From: Eledone cirrhosa
Taxonomy: Eukaryota
NCBI GenBank assembly: GCA_964016885.1
Contig: OZ024740.1
Span: 239,072,001-239,136,000 of the forward strand
Reading direction: 5' to 3'
Length of the DNA stretch: 64,000 nucleotides
Made by a program: the position numbers and the translations under genes. The notes under the pieces are model-generated. The model was not told the origin of the DNA, did no database searches, and saw only the letters and a program-made list of their open reading frames with translations. Shown piece after piece: positions 26,976 to 40,141 of the stretch. Numbering within the stretch: position 1 is the stretch's first letter; each line of letters starts with the position of its first letter.

Positions 26976-29194
26976 ATATATATGAATGTGTGTGTATCTA
27001 TACACATGTATCCACAAATACATGCACACATGTCCTCGAACATATCAGTAATGGCTGAATAGAAACCAAACCAAAGTCATCCGCTACTACATGTATTAGA
27101 TACACTAGTAACAAACACTTAATATATAGGCCAGCGAAGGAGGATGTACATATTAGAAATAGCAGATAAATCTCTTTCTATTCAACCATTACAGATATGT
27201 CTGAAATCACGTATGTATGCGTATGCACGCGCGCACACATATACATGAGAGAGACCCCATAAAAATGAATGTTCATCATGGCGGAATTTGACCTCAGAAG
27301 GTAATCTAAATCCCGCAAAGCGTTTTGTCAATCTGCCACCTCTGCAATCAATAAATGATGATTTCTAACACTGGCACAAATCTAGCACTTATTGGGTGGA
27401 AAGTCGGTTATATCGACCCCTGCACTTAACTGATATTATCTTTTATCGATCTCGAGGGCGGTGGATTGGCAGAGGGTCGGACACTATGCTTTGCATCATA
27501 GAGTTACAGCCCTTTGATCTGAGTTCAAATCCCGCCGAAGTTAACTTTGTCTCTCATCCTTACTGGGTCGATAAAATAAAGTACCAGTCATGCACTGGGG
27601 TCGATTTAATCGACTTTCCCCTCCCCCAAAATTGCTGGCCTTGAGCCTATATAAGAAACCATATTTTATCGATCGCGGAAGGATGAAAGGCAAGTTTGAT
27701 GTCCCCGAAATCTGAACCCAGAAGGTAAAGAGCACAAAAAAATACTGTTAAGCATTGTTCGGCGCTTTAACGATTCTGCCAATCCACGGCCCTCCTTGAT
27801 ATTAAAATTATAATAAGGATTTTGTTGATTAATCCTTTATAGGAGAACACTTCACTATCAGAAAAAAACACAAGGAAGAATAAAATAACGGCACTGTTAT
27901 TTGCAATCAATACATGATTTCTAACTTAAGCATAAGGCCAGCACCTTTAGAGGGAAGATTAAGTAGATTATATCGACTTCAGTACTTTACTGGTACTATG
28001 TTTTATTGACCTCAGAAGGATTCTAGTCTAAAGTCTGTCTTAAGTCAGAAGGCTAGTTAGGCCAGTGCTTATCCCGGTTTCATGGTGGGAAGCGACCGAG
28101 AGTACAAGACTTCCACCCTGGACAGGATGCCAGTCCATCGCAAGGTTAAACCTCCAGCTATTGCTGATACTTATTTTCAACTGGTATACTGGAGGAACGT
28201 GAAATGAAGTGTTTTGCTCAAGAAAGCAACACACAACCTAGCCCAGGAATCGAACCCTCAACTTTATGATCGTAAGTCCAATACTCTTACCACAAAACCA
28301 CGCGTCTTCACCTCCAGAAGGAAGGATTAAAGGGCATGATTTAAAATAAATTTATCTGCTATTTCTAACAGTTCGATCGAATACATACAGTTTCATTCAT
28401 TGGCCCAAATATTGAGTGCTTGTTCTTAGTGTATCTGGTACATACAGTAGTGTACTATTTGGGTTTCTATTCTGCCATTACGGATATGTTCGAGGTCACA
28501 TACGCGTGTGTGTATTCATGCAAGTACGTGTACATATGCGCGCACACACATATATGGAGAGAGACCGCAGAATATTGAAACTTGACCTCGGAGGAATTTG
28601 AACTCAGAATACCGCAAAACAGTTTGTCCCACCCTCTAACTCATCAGAGAGTACCATTTTTCTTCTTGGATAGCAGTCTTTATTTGTTTGGGTGTTTGTC
28701 TCACGATCGTAAAAGCACGAATTCAATTCCTGGCTGCAGGCTATGTCCTTGAGCAAAGTCCTTTATTTTTATATTTTTATATTGCTCCAGTCCACTCAGC
28801 CAGTAAAAATGAGTTGTACCAATATTTTAAAGGACCAGCCTTATCATACACAGCAGTGTCAGGCTGAGAACTACGATAAGGTTACACATGTTTGTGGAAT
28901 GCTTCACCACCTCAGTGTTAATATCACGAATAGGTTGTTCCGTGGTTCAAGCAATTGGAACGCTCATCATCAAAACTGACAGAGGTCCAGTCCACATACA
29001 CACATAAGCATATGACCGGACGGGCATACATAGAATCATACATATATGCATACACATATAAGCACACACAAACATAAATATACGAAAGTAGTAACACATA
29101 CACACAAGGAGCACATGTATGCATATACCAATAGACATACATACGCAAACAAACACACATATACACTTACACAAATACTACCGATACATGCACT

Positions 29195-29525
29195 CACACC
29201 ACCGCAACTACCATCATCAGCACTTGCACCACCACAATCACCACCACCACCACAATCACCACCACAATCACCACCACCACCACCACCATCAGCAGCACCA
29301 CCACCTCCACAAGCACCACCACCACCACCACCACCACCACCACCACCACCACCACCACCATCAGCAGCAGCACCACCTCCATAAGCACCACCACCACCAC
29401 CACCACCACTACCACCACCACCCCCAGCACCCCCAGCACCACCACAATCACCACCACCAGCAGCAGCAGCAACACCACCACCACCACAAGTACTACCAGC
29501 ACCATCACCACCGCCGCTGCCGGCT
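29195..29525. repeat. (CAC/CAG)n trinucleotide tract
   Basis: Read directly. Confidence 0.9.
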
Positions 29526-30095
29526 GATGTTGATGGTAATAGGGATAGTGGCATGATAATTTTATGCAGCATATATTTTGCTAATGTAAATTGTTTGTTG
29601 TGTCAATATATTTTCGGCACTGACCTAAAAAATTAGTTTGGGGAAATGATTTAGGTTTTGTTCTTAGCCTTTGTATAATGATCACTATTTAAGGTACAAG
29701 GCCACCAATTAAGGGGGAGAGGAAAGTCGATTATATCGACTCCAGCACCTGGCTGGTACTTTATTTTATCGACTTCGGAAAATGAAGGGCAAAGTTGACC
29801 TCAGAAAGATTTGAATTTAGAATCTAAAGGGATGTAACTATATACCACAAATCATCAACGATTCTGCTGACCCACAACTCTTGTTTAGTTTTTATATAAT
29901 GGTTTCTGATTTAGGCACAATACCGTTTAGTCTTTATATAATGGAACCTTTATTTACTGTTAGGTGACGGCTTCCTTTTTATTTCTAAAAAAACAAAAAA
30001 ACAACAAAAAAAACAAAAATAAAAACAGCAACACAGCACTATGAGTGCATCTCATTAAAAATTAGAATCTTTACCCTAATACTGCAAATAAATTT

Positions 30096-30280
30096 CAGAG
30101 CTGCTAACCTCTAAAAACCCAAACCACGAACAAAGTGTCTCAAAACGGGGAGAAATAAGGCAAAATGGGGAGATTTTACATAATGAAAGCTATACTTATT
30201 TTCACAAGAGAAGACATCTCTCACCCACCCCAAAGTGGGTGGGGGATCTCACTGTCGGACGGGGTGAGTTGACAGGTCTG
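30096..30280. mobile_element. MITE with CAG...CTG termini
   Basis: Imperfect TIR CAGAGCTGCTAAC/GTTGACAGGTCTG with AAATTT duplicated. Copies at 32983-33166 and 2620-2735. Confidence 0.65.
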
Positions 30281-30287
30281 AAATTTT

Positions 30288-31908
30288 CACAATGACCTGT
30301 CCATTAGTAAAGATACATTTGAATTAACAAACCTGCTTTTAGATATATTCAGCTAAATCATTACAGCATGGCTTAAATATATTTAACATAAGATAAGTGA
30401 TATTAATACTAAAAAACATGGAATGGTTAAAAATTAGGTTTAATAATCACTTTTATTTTTGTGAACACTTTCATCTTTACTAACCAGAGACCAGATACAG
30501 TCGCCCATCATGGCAATATCTTCGCTTCAGTATTGCAATATCTCGCTGAAATCTTCCACCAGGCTCCTGGCATTAACTACGTTTTTACAGAAAAAATTGA
30601 AGATGTGTATACAAAGAATACACTTTTAAAAACACACGGTAACCTAGGTTCAAATAAATTGCAATAAGCCATGCCACCAGCTCACCGTAGTTAGAATCTT
30701 TTTGAACCCCACAAAGCACCCCATGCACCATTTTTCATTCTGCTAATACTTTTCATTTATGTTTTTCTGATTCCAACATCGAATTTACTTGAGGTCCAAA
30801 AATACACCACGCTTAACTTTGGCATCGAAGAGTTTTGAAAACATGACAGAATTCTCAAAAAGCTTAATTTCCAAAATCTAAGGCTTCTACATATAAGTTT
30901 ACTAATCACAATTTTATCTAAAGTGGGGTGTAAGAAGCCTATCAGATCTCACAAGCGACTGCCTGAGAATATTTAACGTTTCTGTAATTTTTGTCATGGA
31001 GCTACTGAACATTTTATTAATGATTACTAACAGCCCTGCTATCCCATAAACAATACAAACGTATATATATATTTCGTATATCCACCCTCCAAATTAAAGA
31101 CAAGCATATTGAAATCCCCCTACACATGACATTCTACATACGAGTCTTTAACAGGAAGCGGTTTACCATTTTCATAGTCTTCTTTCATTTTTACAGAGTG
31201 GGCAAGTGATAAAGAAGATTGGTCTCCTTAATGAAGTTAATGAAGATTTTTAGATAATGAAGCTTTTAAGCTCATCTTACAAGTTTTTAGTAATTCAAAG
31301 TACAAGATATATGATAACATAATTACAAGCAATATTAATTACGTTTGCTGTTAGTTGTAGTATTGATAAACCTTACGATGGGGAACAGATGCTATAAAAG
31401 AGAATGTATCTAAATACTGCATTCCTTTAAGTTTTTTGCACTTTCAACAGCAAGCATGCAGAAATAGTTACCATAGGTTTTGTTCTACTCTACCCATATT
31501 CTGAGAATATTTTATTTAAATCGACAACCCCACATATATGATGGGCCCAAGGCTTATTTTGGTTCCCAAAAGACATTAAAAAAATACACTCTGTATGCAC
31601 TCTAGAATTTGGTATCGTGTACAATTTTGTTTTATATCGTGTTTGTTCCCACGAAATATCTGCAAACAGATTGCATCTAGCAGAGGTTTGTATTTTCTGT
31701 TGGAAACAATCTGAAATAGAAAGTTATGATTTTAGATGTGGTTTTAGGTGTGTAGGTGAAAGGAGCTATTGACTATAGTATATGACTTCACCCAACTCTG
31801 TAACGGTTGATGTAACCTTTTGAGTCAGCGTTCTAAATTTAGTAATAAGCGGTAAATAACTATCAATAATTAAAAAAAAAAAATGTTTGCAAAATTTGTA
31901 ACGTAGTG
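30288..31908 (-). mobile_element. decayed Chapaev3-like (CMC) DNA transposon
   Basis: Broken frames give GNQNKPWAHHIC, AHSVKMKEDYEN, WDSRA, DAKVKRGVF, GGRFQRDI..RRY and MMGDCIWSL in Chapaev3 order. CAC...GTG ends; a terminal fragment also lies at ~46592-46680. Confidence 0.7.
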
Positions 31909-32011
31909 TAATTTACAAGTTGATTACTAGCAAGATTTTTACAATGTACCACACACATATTAGAGTTACAGGCCATTTGGAAATTTTTTTAAAATATTGA
32001 GTTATATGTCC

Positions 32012-32099
<88 letters not shown>

Positions 32100-32102
<3 letters not shown>

Positions 32103-32297
32103 GGTTTGAGGTTCACCACTGGATAGAGCTGGTCCATTCCGTATGGTCAATCTCAATGTATTTTATCTATTACATTCACTTATTATATTTCGAATACCTG
32201 ATGATATCACCGGATTCATACGGAACCCGGTCATTGAAATGATCATAGTATAATAAACCTTTCAAGGATTTACACAAATCCAGCCTCCTGTCATTTC

Positions 32298-32300
<3 letters not shown>
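32100..32300 (+). mobile_element. HHR mini-element in (AT)n
   Basis: ATAC-CTGATGA (32198)-stem II ACCGG/CCGGT-GAAAT-GATC-ATA-GTAT (32251). Confidence 0.72.
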
Positions 32301-32344
<44 letters not shown>

Positions 32345-32346
<2 letters not shown>

Positions 32347-32661
32347 AGTATATGTTGGTTGTATACCAACACCTCAGTATGCAGGCTGGAGCACTCGACG
32401 AAGTGCGCAGGTTGGTTTGGTTACTCCGGAGTAATGTAAAATAAAGTTAAATAAAAAGTCAAATGTTTAAAATTTAGCTTCGTTTATTACAGCTATATAT
32501 ATTTCAGTGACAGCCATCTTTAGCTGTGACCTCTTCAGGCAGTTTGAATTAGTGTGGTATAGACAAGTACAGAGGTCACAGCCAAAGATGGCTGTCACTG
32601 AAATATATATAGCAGCAATAAACGAAGCTAAATTTTAAACATTTGACTTTTTATTTAACTT

Positions 32662-32668
<7 letters not shown>
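32345..32668 (-). mobile_element. fold-back HHR mini-element
   Basis: CTGC-CTGAAGA-GGTCACAGC/GCTGTCACT-GAAAT-ATAT-ATA-GC(A/T)G at 32542-32490; arms 32437-32534/32571-32668; tail 32345-32436. Confidence 0.78.
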
Positions 32669-32749
<81 letters not shown>

Positions 32750-32982
32750 CTACTGTAGTGGACTACTACCAACACGCTCCTAACTGCAGTAGCATATCAA
32801 AAACAAAACATAAAAACTTTGCACCTGTCTGATAATGACTGAGAATGTGATAGACATGTTCACCTTTAATACAATTCTCAGGAAATTTCAACCTAACACA
32901 GTTCCTAACAAGGCTGACTCTTTAAATTACATGTACAATTCATTTTTGACTGCTGAGTGAACTGTAGCGATGTGAAATAAAG

Positions 32983-33166
32983 TAGACCTGCCAAACTCTA
33001 AAAACCCAAACGGGGAGTACCATGAAAAAGACGGGGAGAAATGAGGCAAAATGGGGAGATTTTACATAATGAAAGCAATACTCATTTTCACAAAAGAAGA
33101 CATCTCTCACACATCCCAAAGGGGGTGGGAGATCTCCTTGTCGGACGGGGAGTGTTGACAAGTCTG
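32983..33166. mobile_element. MITE (same family as 30096) inserted in a SINE B
   Basis: AATAAAG(T) duplicated on both sides; SINE B sequence resumes afterwards. Confidence 0.7.
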
Positions 33167-34336
33167 AATAAAGTGTCTTACTCAATGATATAATGCACCT
33201 CCTGGAATCAAGCTCACCACCTTTCGATCATGAGTCGAACACCCTAACCATTAAACCACATACATTAACTATGTGCTTCTATGCAATTACACATGTACAT
33301 ACTATTGGATAGCAGTAGACAGAACTGAGTTCATTTCACATTTTGAAAGGTTTCGTTTTTCATCCCGCAAGATGTCCAGTAATCATTCGCTTTAGCAAAT
33401 GGTTGTCGGTTTAATTGACGACAGCTCGACCTTGCACATCAAGTACTTGCTTACATAATTATCAGTTACAGATCTCTGGTAATCATATCCCTCACGTCTC
33501 TCACTCTCTCTCTTTCTCTCTCCAGCCCCCACGCACAAACAGAAATACACACACACACACATACACGCGCGCACGCACACACACACACATATATATATAT
33601 ATATACATGCACATATTAGTACAAGGGGAGAGTACACACTTTATGGTCATTAAACAATAAGAGCAATGTATAATTAACAAGTATTTCTTTAGTTTGCTAT
33701 AGAGCACGCATGGGTAAATGTGATGGAAAGATATACAAGTACTCAGCCATCGACTAAAGCTCCTTGATCTCTCAATGTTTTGGGCAACCGTGGTAGATAA
33801 AATATTTGATATAGTCGATGGACTTTTGTTTCTGGTTCTAACTGCCTGTGTCAGTTTATTAATCAATGTAAAGTAGAAGTACATATTGAGCAGTGTCTAA
33901 GAAAAACAAAACATACCATTAAAGAGAACAGAAGTAAACGAAAATGAAAAAGAGAAAAATAAAAGGAAAGAGATCAAGCAATGAAAGGGAGAGGGTGAGG
34001 GACAGTCAGTTCATTCCAGTCTGAGCGGTGCTTCAGCCGCGCCCCGCGAACAAAATGGCAAAAGCGTTACCGCGGAGAATGGCCAGAGACACCCACTGCA
34101 ACAGCCACCCTCCACCTCACGGGGCTCCGTCCTCAAGTGGGCCGCCGACTTTACGAAGGAAATCAGCAATACGAGGGATATGTATCCAACACTATTTCAC
34201 ACTAAGCTCACAATACACAATAGTCATCAGCAATGAATGCACGACCTCAGATTAAATAACGAACATTTTTATAGACATCCAGTGTTAGCACGCGAAACAG
34301 TTTAAACGAGAATTTGCCAAGCAGCTTAGGCATGTA

Positions 34337-34367
<31 letters not shown>

Positions 34368-34429
34368 TGTATGTATGTATGTATGTATGTTATGGATGTG
34401 AATTTAAAGATGGCTAAACTTAAGAAACC

Positions 34430-34610
34430 AAAAAGAACCTTTTTTTGCCAACGGCACACCTTGGAACACATAAAAATATAGCGGCACACCTGGCTAAATA
34501 TATATGAAAAATATTTGAATTTTACAAAATAAAAATTGGGATCACGTAGTTTTTCGCATTTTCTTAGAGTGCCGTTCAAAATTTCGCGGCAAACTGGTTG
34601 AGAATCACTG
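34430..34610. mobile_element. hAT-like terminal fragment
   Basis: Ends in GGTTGAGAATCACTG (reverse CAGTGATTCTCAACC) with subterminal CGGCACACC repeats. Confidence 0.45.
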
Positions 34611-34708
34611 ATCTAAGGGGAGGAGGCTACGATATGGAAATATGGAAAAAAATAATAAAAAAACACACCTTGTATGTATGTATGTATATATATATATATA
34701 TGTATTTA

Positions 34709-35404
34709 TGTCAGGTCACCAGTTGGTGCTACTGGTAACATGTATCCCAGTACAACCTGTCCCATGGTCGGGTCGTTGGCGACTAAACTGGCAACCCCAC
34801 CAAGGTTTCTTGGTGAGGAGGGTGACTTTGGACATCCTGCAGGACTAAAAACAAAACCTGTCAAAGGGCAAAGGAGCTCTTAAGAGTCAATGGCCATCCA
34901 AAATCACCGGGAGAGATGACCCCTTAGCCTTTGTCAAGGCAGAATTCTAGGAGAAGGAAAACTCTGATATAACACCTGCAACCCTGATGGTATCCAATGA
35001 TGTTGACTTGTTCTTCTTTTTGGTAAATATCATCTTGGTTAAGAGAGTGGGACTGGCTTTGTGCAGTGCCTTTGCTCACTATAAAAGCTTCACGGCACAG
35101 GCATTGCTTTATATCTGGAGATCTCTCTGCACTTGTCGTCACATGGTACCATGGGCCCAGCACTATGTGTCAGTAATTGTCACAAGTGTAGTGTTTGTAC
35201 CAGAGTTTTCAAGTCGCTGGCTGGACTAAAAAGTCACACTCGTTCAGCGCATCGGTAGGGGTTCTCCTACATGGATATAAAGTAGTGGCCGTACTCGAAA
35301 ACGAGTTGGCAGCCACCATGTATGTATGTATGTATGTATGTATGTATGTATGTATGTATGTATGTATGTATGTATGTATGTATGTATGTATGTATGTATG
35401 TATG
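34709..35404 (+). mobile_element. bipartite RTE-derived element (5'UTR + last zinc finger + 3' end)
   Basis: RTE 5'UTR homology, CSVCTRVFKSLAGLKSHTRS, RTE 3' end, (ATGT)n tail. Confidence 0.75.
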
Positions 35405-35916
35405 TCGAGTCACTCTTGAGTGCTACTGGTAACATGTAACCCAGTACAACCTGTCGCATGGTCGGGTCGTCGGCGGCTAAACCGGCAACCCCACCAAGTT
35501 TACTTGGTGAGGAGGCGGATTTTGGACACCCTGCAGGACAAAAAACAAAACCTGACAAAGGGCAGAAGAACTCATAAGAGTCAACGGCCATCCAAAAGTG
35601 TGTAAATATGCGGTTAAACCACTGGGAGTGAAGGACCCCTGGCGTTTGTCAGGGCATTCTTCTAGGAGAAGGCAACTCAGGAAACTGGGATAACTCCGAT
35701 ATAAAACCTACGGCTCAGTAGTTACCGATGATGTTGATTTTTTCTTCTTTTCGGGTTATAGCTACTGTCGCTCAGAGAGTGGGATTGGCTCAGTGCACAG
35801 TATTTTCTCACTTTAAAAAATATCTTCACGCACAGGCATTGCACGATAGAATTAATTAATAATGGTATATCGTCCAATGGCCATACTCGATAACGAGGGG
35901 GCAGCCATCATGTATG
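35404..35916 (+). mobile_element. bipartite RTE-derived element (5'UTR + 3' end)
   Basis: 35620-35850 matches 16200-16440; 35868-35910 matches 12245-12287. Confidence 0.8.
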
Positions 35917-36019
35917 TGTGTGTATTGCATATTATTGCATCTTATCTATCTATATTACCTAGTTATTATTGATTTGGGAAAAACCTATGGCTGCATCATG
36001 GGCGGTGACATAGAAATAA

Positions 36020-37706
36020 TAGGGCTGGATAACCAATCGCGTAGTTAAGCCACTGGGAGTGAAGGACCCCTAGCCCTGGTCATGGCATTCTTCTAGGAGA
36101 AGGCAACTCAGATAACTCCGACATAAAACTTTCTTCTTTTCGGGTTTTAGCAATTGTCGCTCAGAGAGTGGGATTGGCTCAGTGCACAGTCTTTCCTTAC
36201 TTTAAAAAAAATCTTCATGCGCAGGCATTGCACGAAAACATTAATATAGAGGGTCAGACATGCTTTCCAGCATAGTTACGTCCCTTTACGATCTGAGTTC
36301 AAATCCTGCCGAGGTTAACTTTGCCTTTCATCCTTACGAGGTGGTTAAAATAAAGTACCAGTAATGTACTGGGTAATTGCTGACCTTGTGCCAAAAGTAG
36401 AAACAAGTAATTAATAATTATTTATGATGTTATTATTTATAAGATCTCAACTAAATGGCTGGCTGTAGCCATAAAAAGCAACCAATCAATGATGTCCCAA
36501 AACAGCATAATAGTAAATGGCAATGAGGGCTCTGGACCACACCAGGTCAAAGGGTCTGGCCCGGCAGGGGCCCCAGGGCATCACAACCTGAACTCGGCAT
36601 TCATCGTGCCACTGTGATAGAACCATTAAAACTTAGAGCAAACAAAACATTGAATATTGGCTGTTAGAATGTACGGACACTGCTTGACAGGGATTCCTGA
36701 GAACGTCCTGAACGAAGGACCGCTCTTGTTGCGAAGGAGCTTCATCGTTGTGATCTTGACATCGTTGCTTTATCTGAGACGAAGTTAGCTGGAGATGGTC
36801 ATTTTACGGAATATTGTGGATATACATTCTTTTGGAAAGGGAGAGATGAAGGGATTAGAAGAAAGGCTGGAGTAGCATTTGTTGTTAAGACTGCTCTTAT
36901 GGATAAGTTGGAAGAATTCCCAGTGGGGATTAGTGAGCGTCTTATGTCCATGAGAATTCCGTTGGACAATGGAAGGTATGCGACCCTGGTGAGTGTGTAT
37001 GCTCCAACTGAATTATGTTGATGAGGAAAAAATATCTTTCTACCACGCTTTGAAAGGTGTTATAAGAATATCCATCAGGCAGATAAGGTCATCGTGGTGG
37101 GTGACTTTAATGCTAGAGTGGGTAGGGATTTTAACACATGGACTGTAATCGGAAGGTGGGAAATTGTAACGGCAATGGTATGCTTCTGCTGCAGATATGT
37201 GAGGAGCTGCATCTGTGTGTTACCAACACCATGTTTTAGCAAAAGAATAAGTTTAAGACCACATGGATGCATCTTGCATCTAAAGAATGGCATCTTCTGC
37301 ACTACATCCTTGTCAGGGTGTGTGACAGACGGGATGTGCAGTGTATTCGTATTCTTAGTGGGGCTGAGTGTTGGACGGACCACCACCTGGTGCGTGCAAA
37401 AGTGAAATTAACTACAGAGCATAAAATCCGGGCTGCTGGTGTTACCCTGCCCAAAAGACTGAATGCTGCTCGTCTTAGGGATAATAGTGTGAAGAGGACA
37501 TTGCGAGAAGAAATGAATGTTGCAGATATTGGTGAGGATTGGCTGACCCTTAAAAAGTCTGTTTACGATGTAGGCAGGCGTGTTCAGGGATTGGTAAAAA
37601 GAAAATATGAAGACAGTTTTAAAGAAAATGATGAGCATATAGATGAATTGTTGGCTAAGAGGCGTGCTCTGTTACGCTAAGGAACTCAAGGATGTGAAAT
37701 CGCGTG
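36020..37706 (+). mobile_element. decayed RTE LINE 5' half (5'UTR + APE) with a nested SINE A
   Basis: Collinear with 14830-16450(-); several stops and frameshifts. Confidence 0.85.
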
Positions 37707-38563
37707 TCTTCAGGCGGCCAAGGGCTTGACTGGCCTTGCAGGTCCTGGCGTTTATCTCATTGTCGAGGCTTCCATCGCTGCTGATGACACTGCCGAGGTA
37801 CTTGAAGTCGTCCACCGACTTTAGCTGGGTGCCTCCGATGGAGATGGAAGGAGAGTGGGCGACGGAGGCAGGTGCAGGCTGGAACAGGATTTCAGTCTTG
37901 CCAAGGCTAATTGTGAGACCGAAGAGGCAGGAGGCCTCCACGAACTTGTTGACGATGACTTGGAGGTCATACTTCCTGTGGGCCATGACGGCACAGTCGT
38001 CAGCAAAAAAGTGCCTCCAGGACGATCCTCTGCACGGTCCTTGTCTTGACTGTCAGGCGCCGCAGGTCAAACAGAGAGCCGTCCAGTCTGTATCGCAGAT
38101 ACACTCCGTGCTCGAGGTCCCTGACGGCATGTTTGAGCACGCAGGGGAAGAACAGGTTGAAGAGGACGAGAGCCAGCACGCATCCTTGCTTGACGCTGTT
38201 GGTGATTCCGAACGGCTCCGATGCCTCTCCGCCCGAGTGCACCTGCCCGGTCATGTCGTCATGGAATTGCCGTATCAGGTTCACGAACTTTGTCGGGCAT
38301 CCAAACTTCGACAGGATCGACCAGAGAGCCTCCCTGTTGACAGTGTCGAAGGCCTTCGTCAAGTCTATGAAGACGGCAAAGAGGTCAATGTTTTGCTCGA
38401 CACACTTCTCCTGCACCTGGCGTACAGAGCAGATCATGTCGATCGTGCTGCGGTTTGGGCGGAACCCTCACTGGGCCTCAGGCAGGTTGTCCTCCGAGAT
38501 GTTGGCGATGAGGTGGTTGAGCATGACCCGAGCCAGGACCTTCCCAGCGATGGACAGGAGAGA
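37702..38563 (-). pseudogene. GC-rich RTE RT fragment of a different family
   Basis: FIDLTKAFDTVNRE, VKQGCVLA..LF, FKYLGSVIS; markedly more GC-rich than its surroundings. Confidence 0.85.
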
Positions 38564-38576
38564 AATGTATATATAT

Positions 38577-39400
38577 AAAAACCTTATAGCGCTATTTCAT
38601 ACCTGGAGAGTGTAGCTCAGATACACTTCAGAGGTTTATTCTCACTATTCTAAGGGAAATATAGAATGAAGATGGTAAATAAAACAATATACCTGCCAAT
38701 ATCCGCAGCTAAGTCCAACGCTACCGTCATGCTGAGAAGCACATGGTGAAATCACGTTAAACCCAAGGCAAATAGATATCAACAAGGTGGACGTTAACTC
38801 CGCTAGAAATAGGAGCGGTGATTATAGCCGCCGAGCTCAACAAGTTAAGAGGTTTGGAGCCGTTAATTTACAAATAATTGTTTCTACTATTGGCACAAGG
38901 CCAGCAATTAGCCAGTACATTACTGGTACTTTATTTTATCGACCCCCGTAAGGATGAAAGGCAAAGTTAACCTCGGTGGGATTTGAACTCAGAATGGCAA
39001 AGGGACGTAACTATGCTGGAAAGCATGGCGTCCGACCCTCTACCGATACTGCCAATCATCCACCGTTAATTTACAAATAATGAATCAAAACATATCAAAT
39101 ATGTTTAGAACTTTGTGTTTCTCAATAAGGAAGCTCTCGATTACATAGATTGATTTTGAACTACATTCTCCAGGTATGAAATAGCGCTATAAGGTTTCAC
39201 TAATGAATCCATCTGTGTACATATTCTTCTATAGAATATGTATTTGGTATATATACAATATGCCGTGTTTTTTATACGATATATGGCTCTTTCTCTCTCT
39301 CTCTATATATATACATATATCTTTTTCAATAATGTCTATTGAGCGTGCTTATTGACAAACACAAAATTCTAAACATATTTGATGTTTTAATTCAGTATAA
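38577..39400 (-). mobile_element. fold-back HHR element with nested SINE
   Basis: AAACCT-CTGAAGT-GTATCTG/CAGGTAT-GAAA-TAGCGCTA-TA-AGGTTT at 38637-38579; inverted arm 39157-39197; second inverted repeat ~39082-39147/39332-39394. Confidence 0.68.
38875..39063 (-). mobile_element. SINE family A with 18-bp TSD
   Basis: CCGTTAATTTACAAATAA at 38860-38877 and 39063-39080. Confidence 0.9.
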
Positions 39401-39410
39401 ATATATAGTT

Positions 39411-39715
39411 GTGAAGGCGCGTGGCTGAGTGGTAAGAGAATTGAACTCTCAATCGTGAGGTTGTGAGTTCGATTTTTGGACCGGGCGATGCGTTATGTCC
39501 TTGGGCAAGACACTTTATTTCACGTTGCTCCTTTTACCTGGAGTTGCGACCGATAGATAGTATTAGCAATTGGAAAGACCAATGGAAACATTGTTTCTTC
39601 GGTCCGATTTGACGAAAGTCAATCGACTAAAATCCAAAGAGGGCTCGATAAGGATAAATATATATAAGGGTGAAAGCAGCGATTCTTTGCTTAAACTTTA
39701 ATCTGTTATTTTAAT
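39411..39715 (+). mobile_element. full-length SINE family B
   Basis: tRNA-like head; the 3' end matches 4270-4355; (AAAT)n tail. Confidence 0.85.
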
Positions 39716-39725
39716 AAATAAATAA

Positions 39726-39761
<36 letters not shown>

Positions 39762-39796
39762 TCGTTATATATATGCATACACACACACGCGCGCGT

Positions 39797-39863
<67 letters not shown>

Positions 39864-39869
39864 AATATA

Positions 39870-40049
39870 TATTCGTTTTTATTTTTACTTGTTACCTTTT
39901 AGTTTCTGAATTTATCATTTGTGATTCTGCCTCTATTTTTGTGCTTCTGAAGAAGGGCTAAAGCCCGACACGTCGAAGTTTCTTTCTCCTTTTCCATATA
40001 AAGCCTGAAAGTAATAAGACTTTTGTACATCTGTTTTGTCGCCTCCTTG

Positions 40050-40055
<6 letters not shown>
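39870..40055 (+). mobile_element. PLE-type 3' end with degenerate HHR
   Basis: CTGAAGA-A-GGGC-TAAA-GCCC-GACAC-GTC at 39947-39974. Confidence 0.5.

Positions 40056-40136
<81 letters not shown>

Positions 40137-40141
<5 letters not shown>

Noticed and set aside
29036-29572. Gly-, Pro- or His-rich ORFs
   Set aside because: Open in several frames because of a (CAC)n tract; no splice or domain support.
34020-34170. CpG-rich patch with AAAATGGC as a promoter
   Set aside because: A single short motif with no supporting exon structure.
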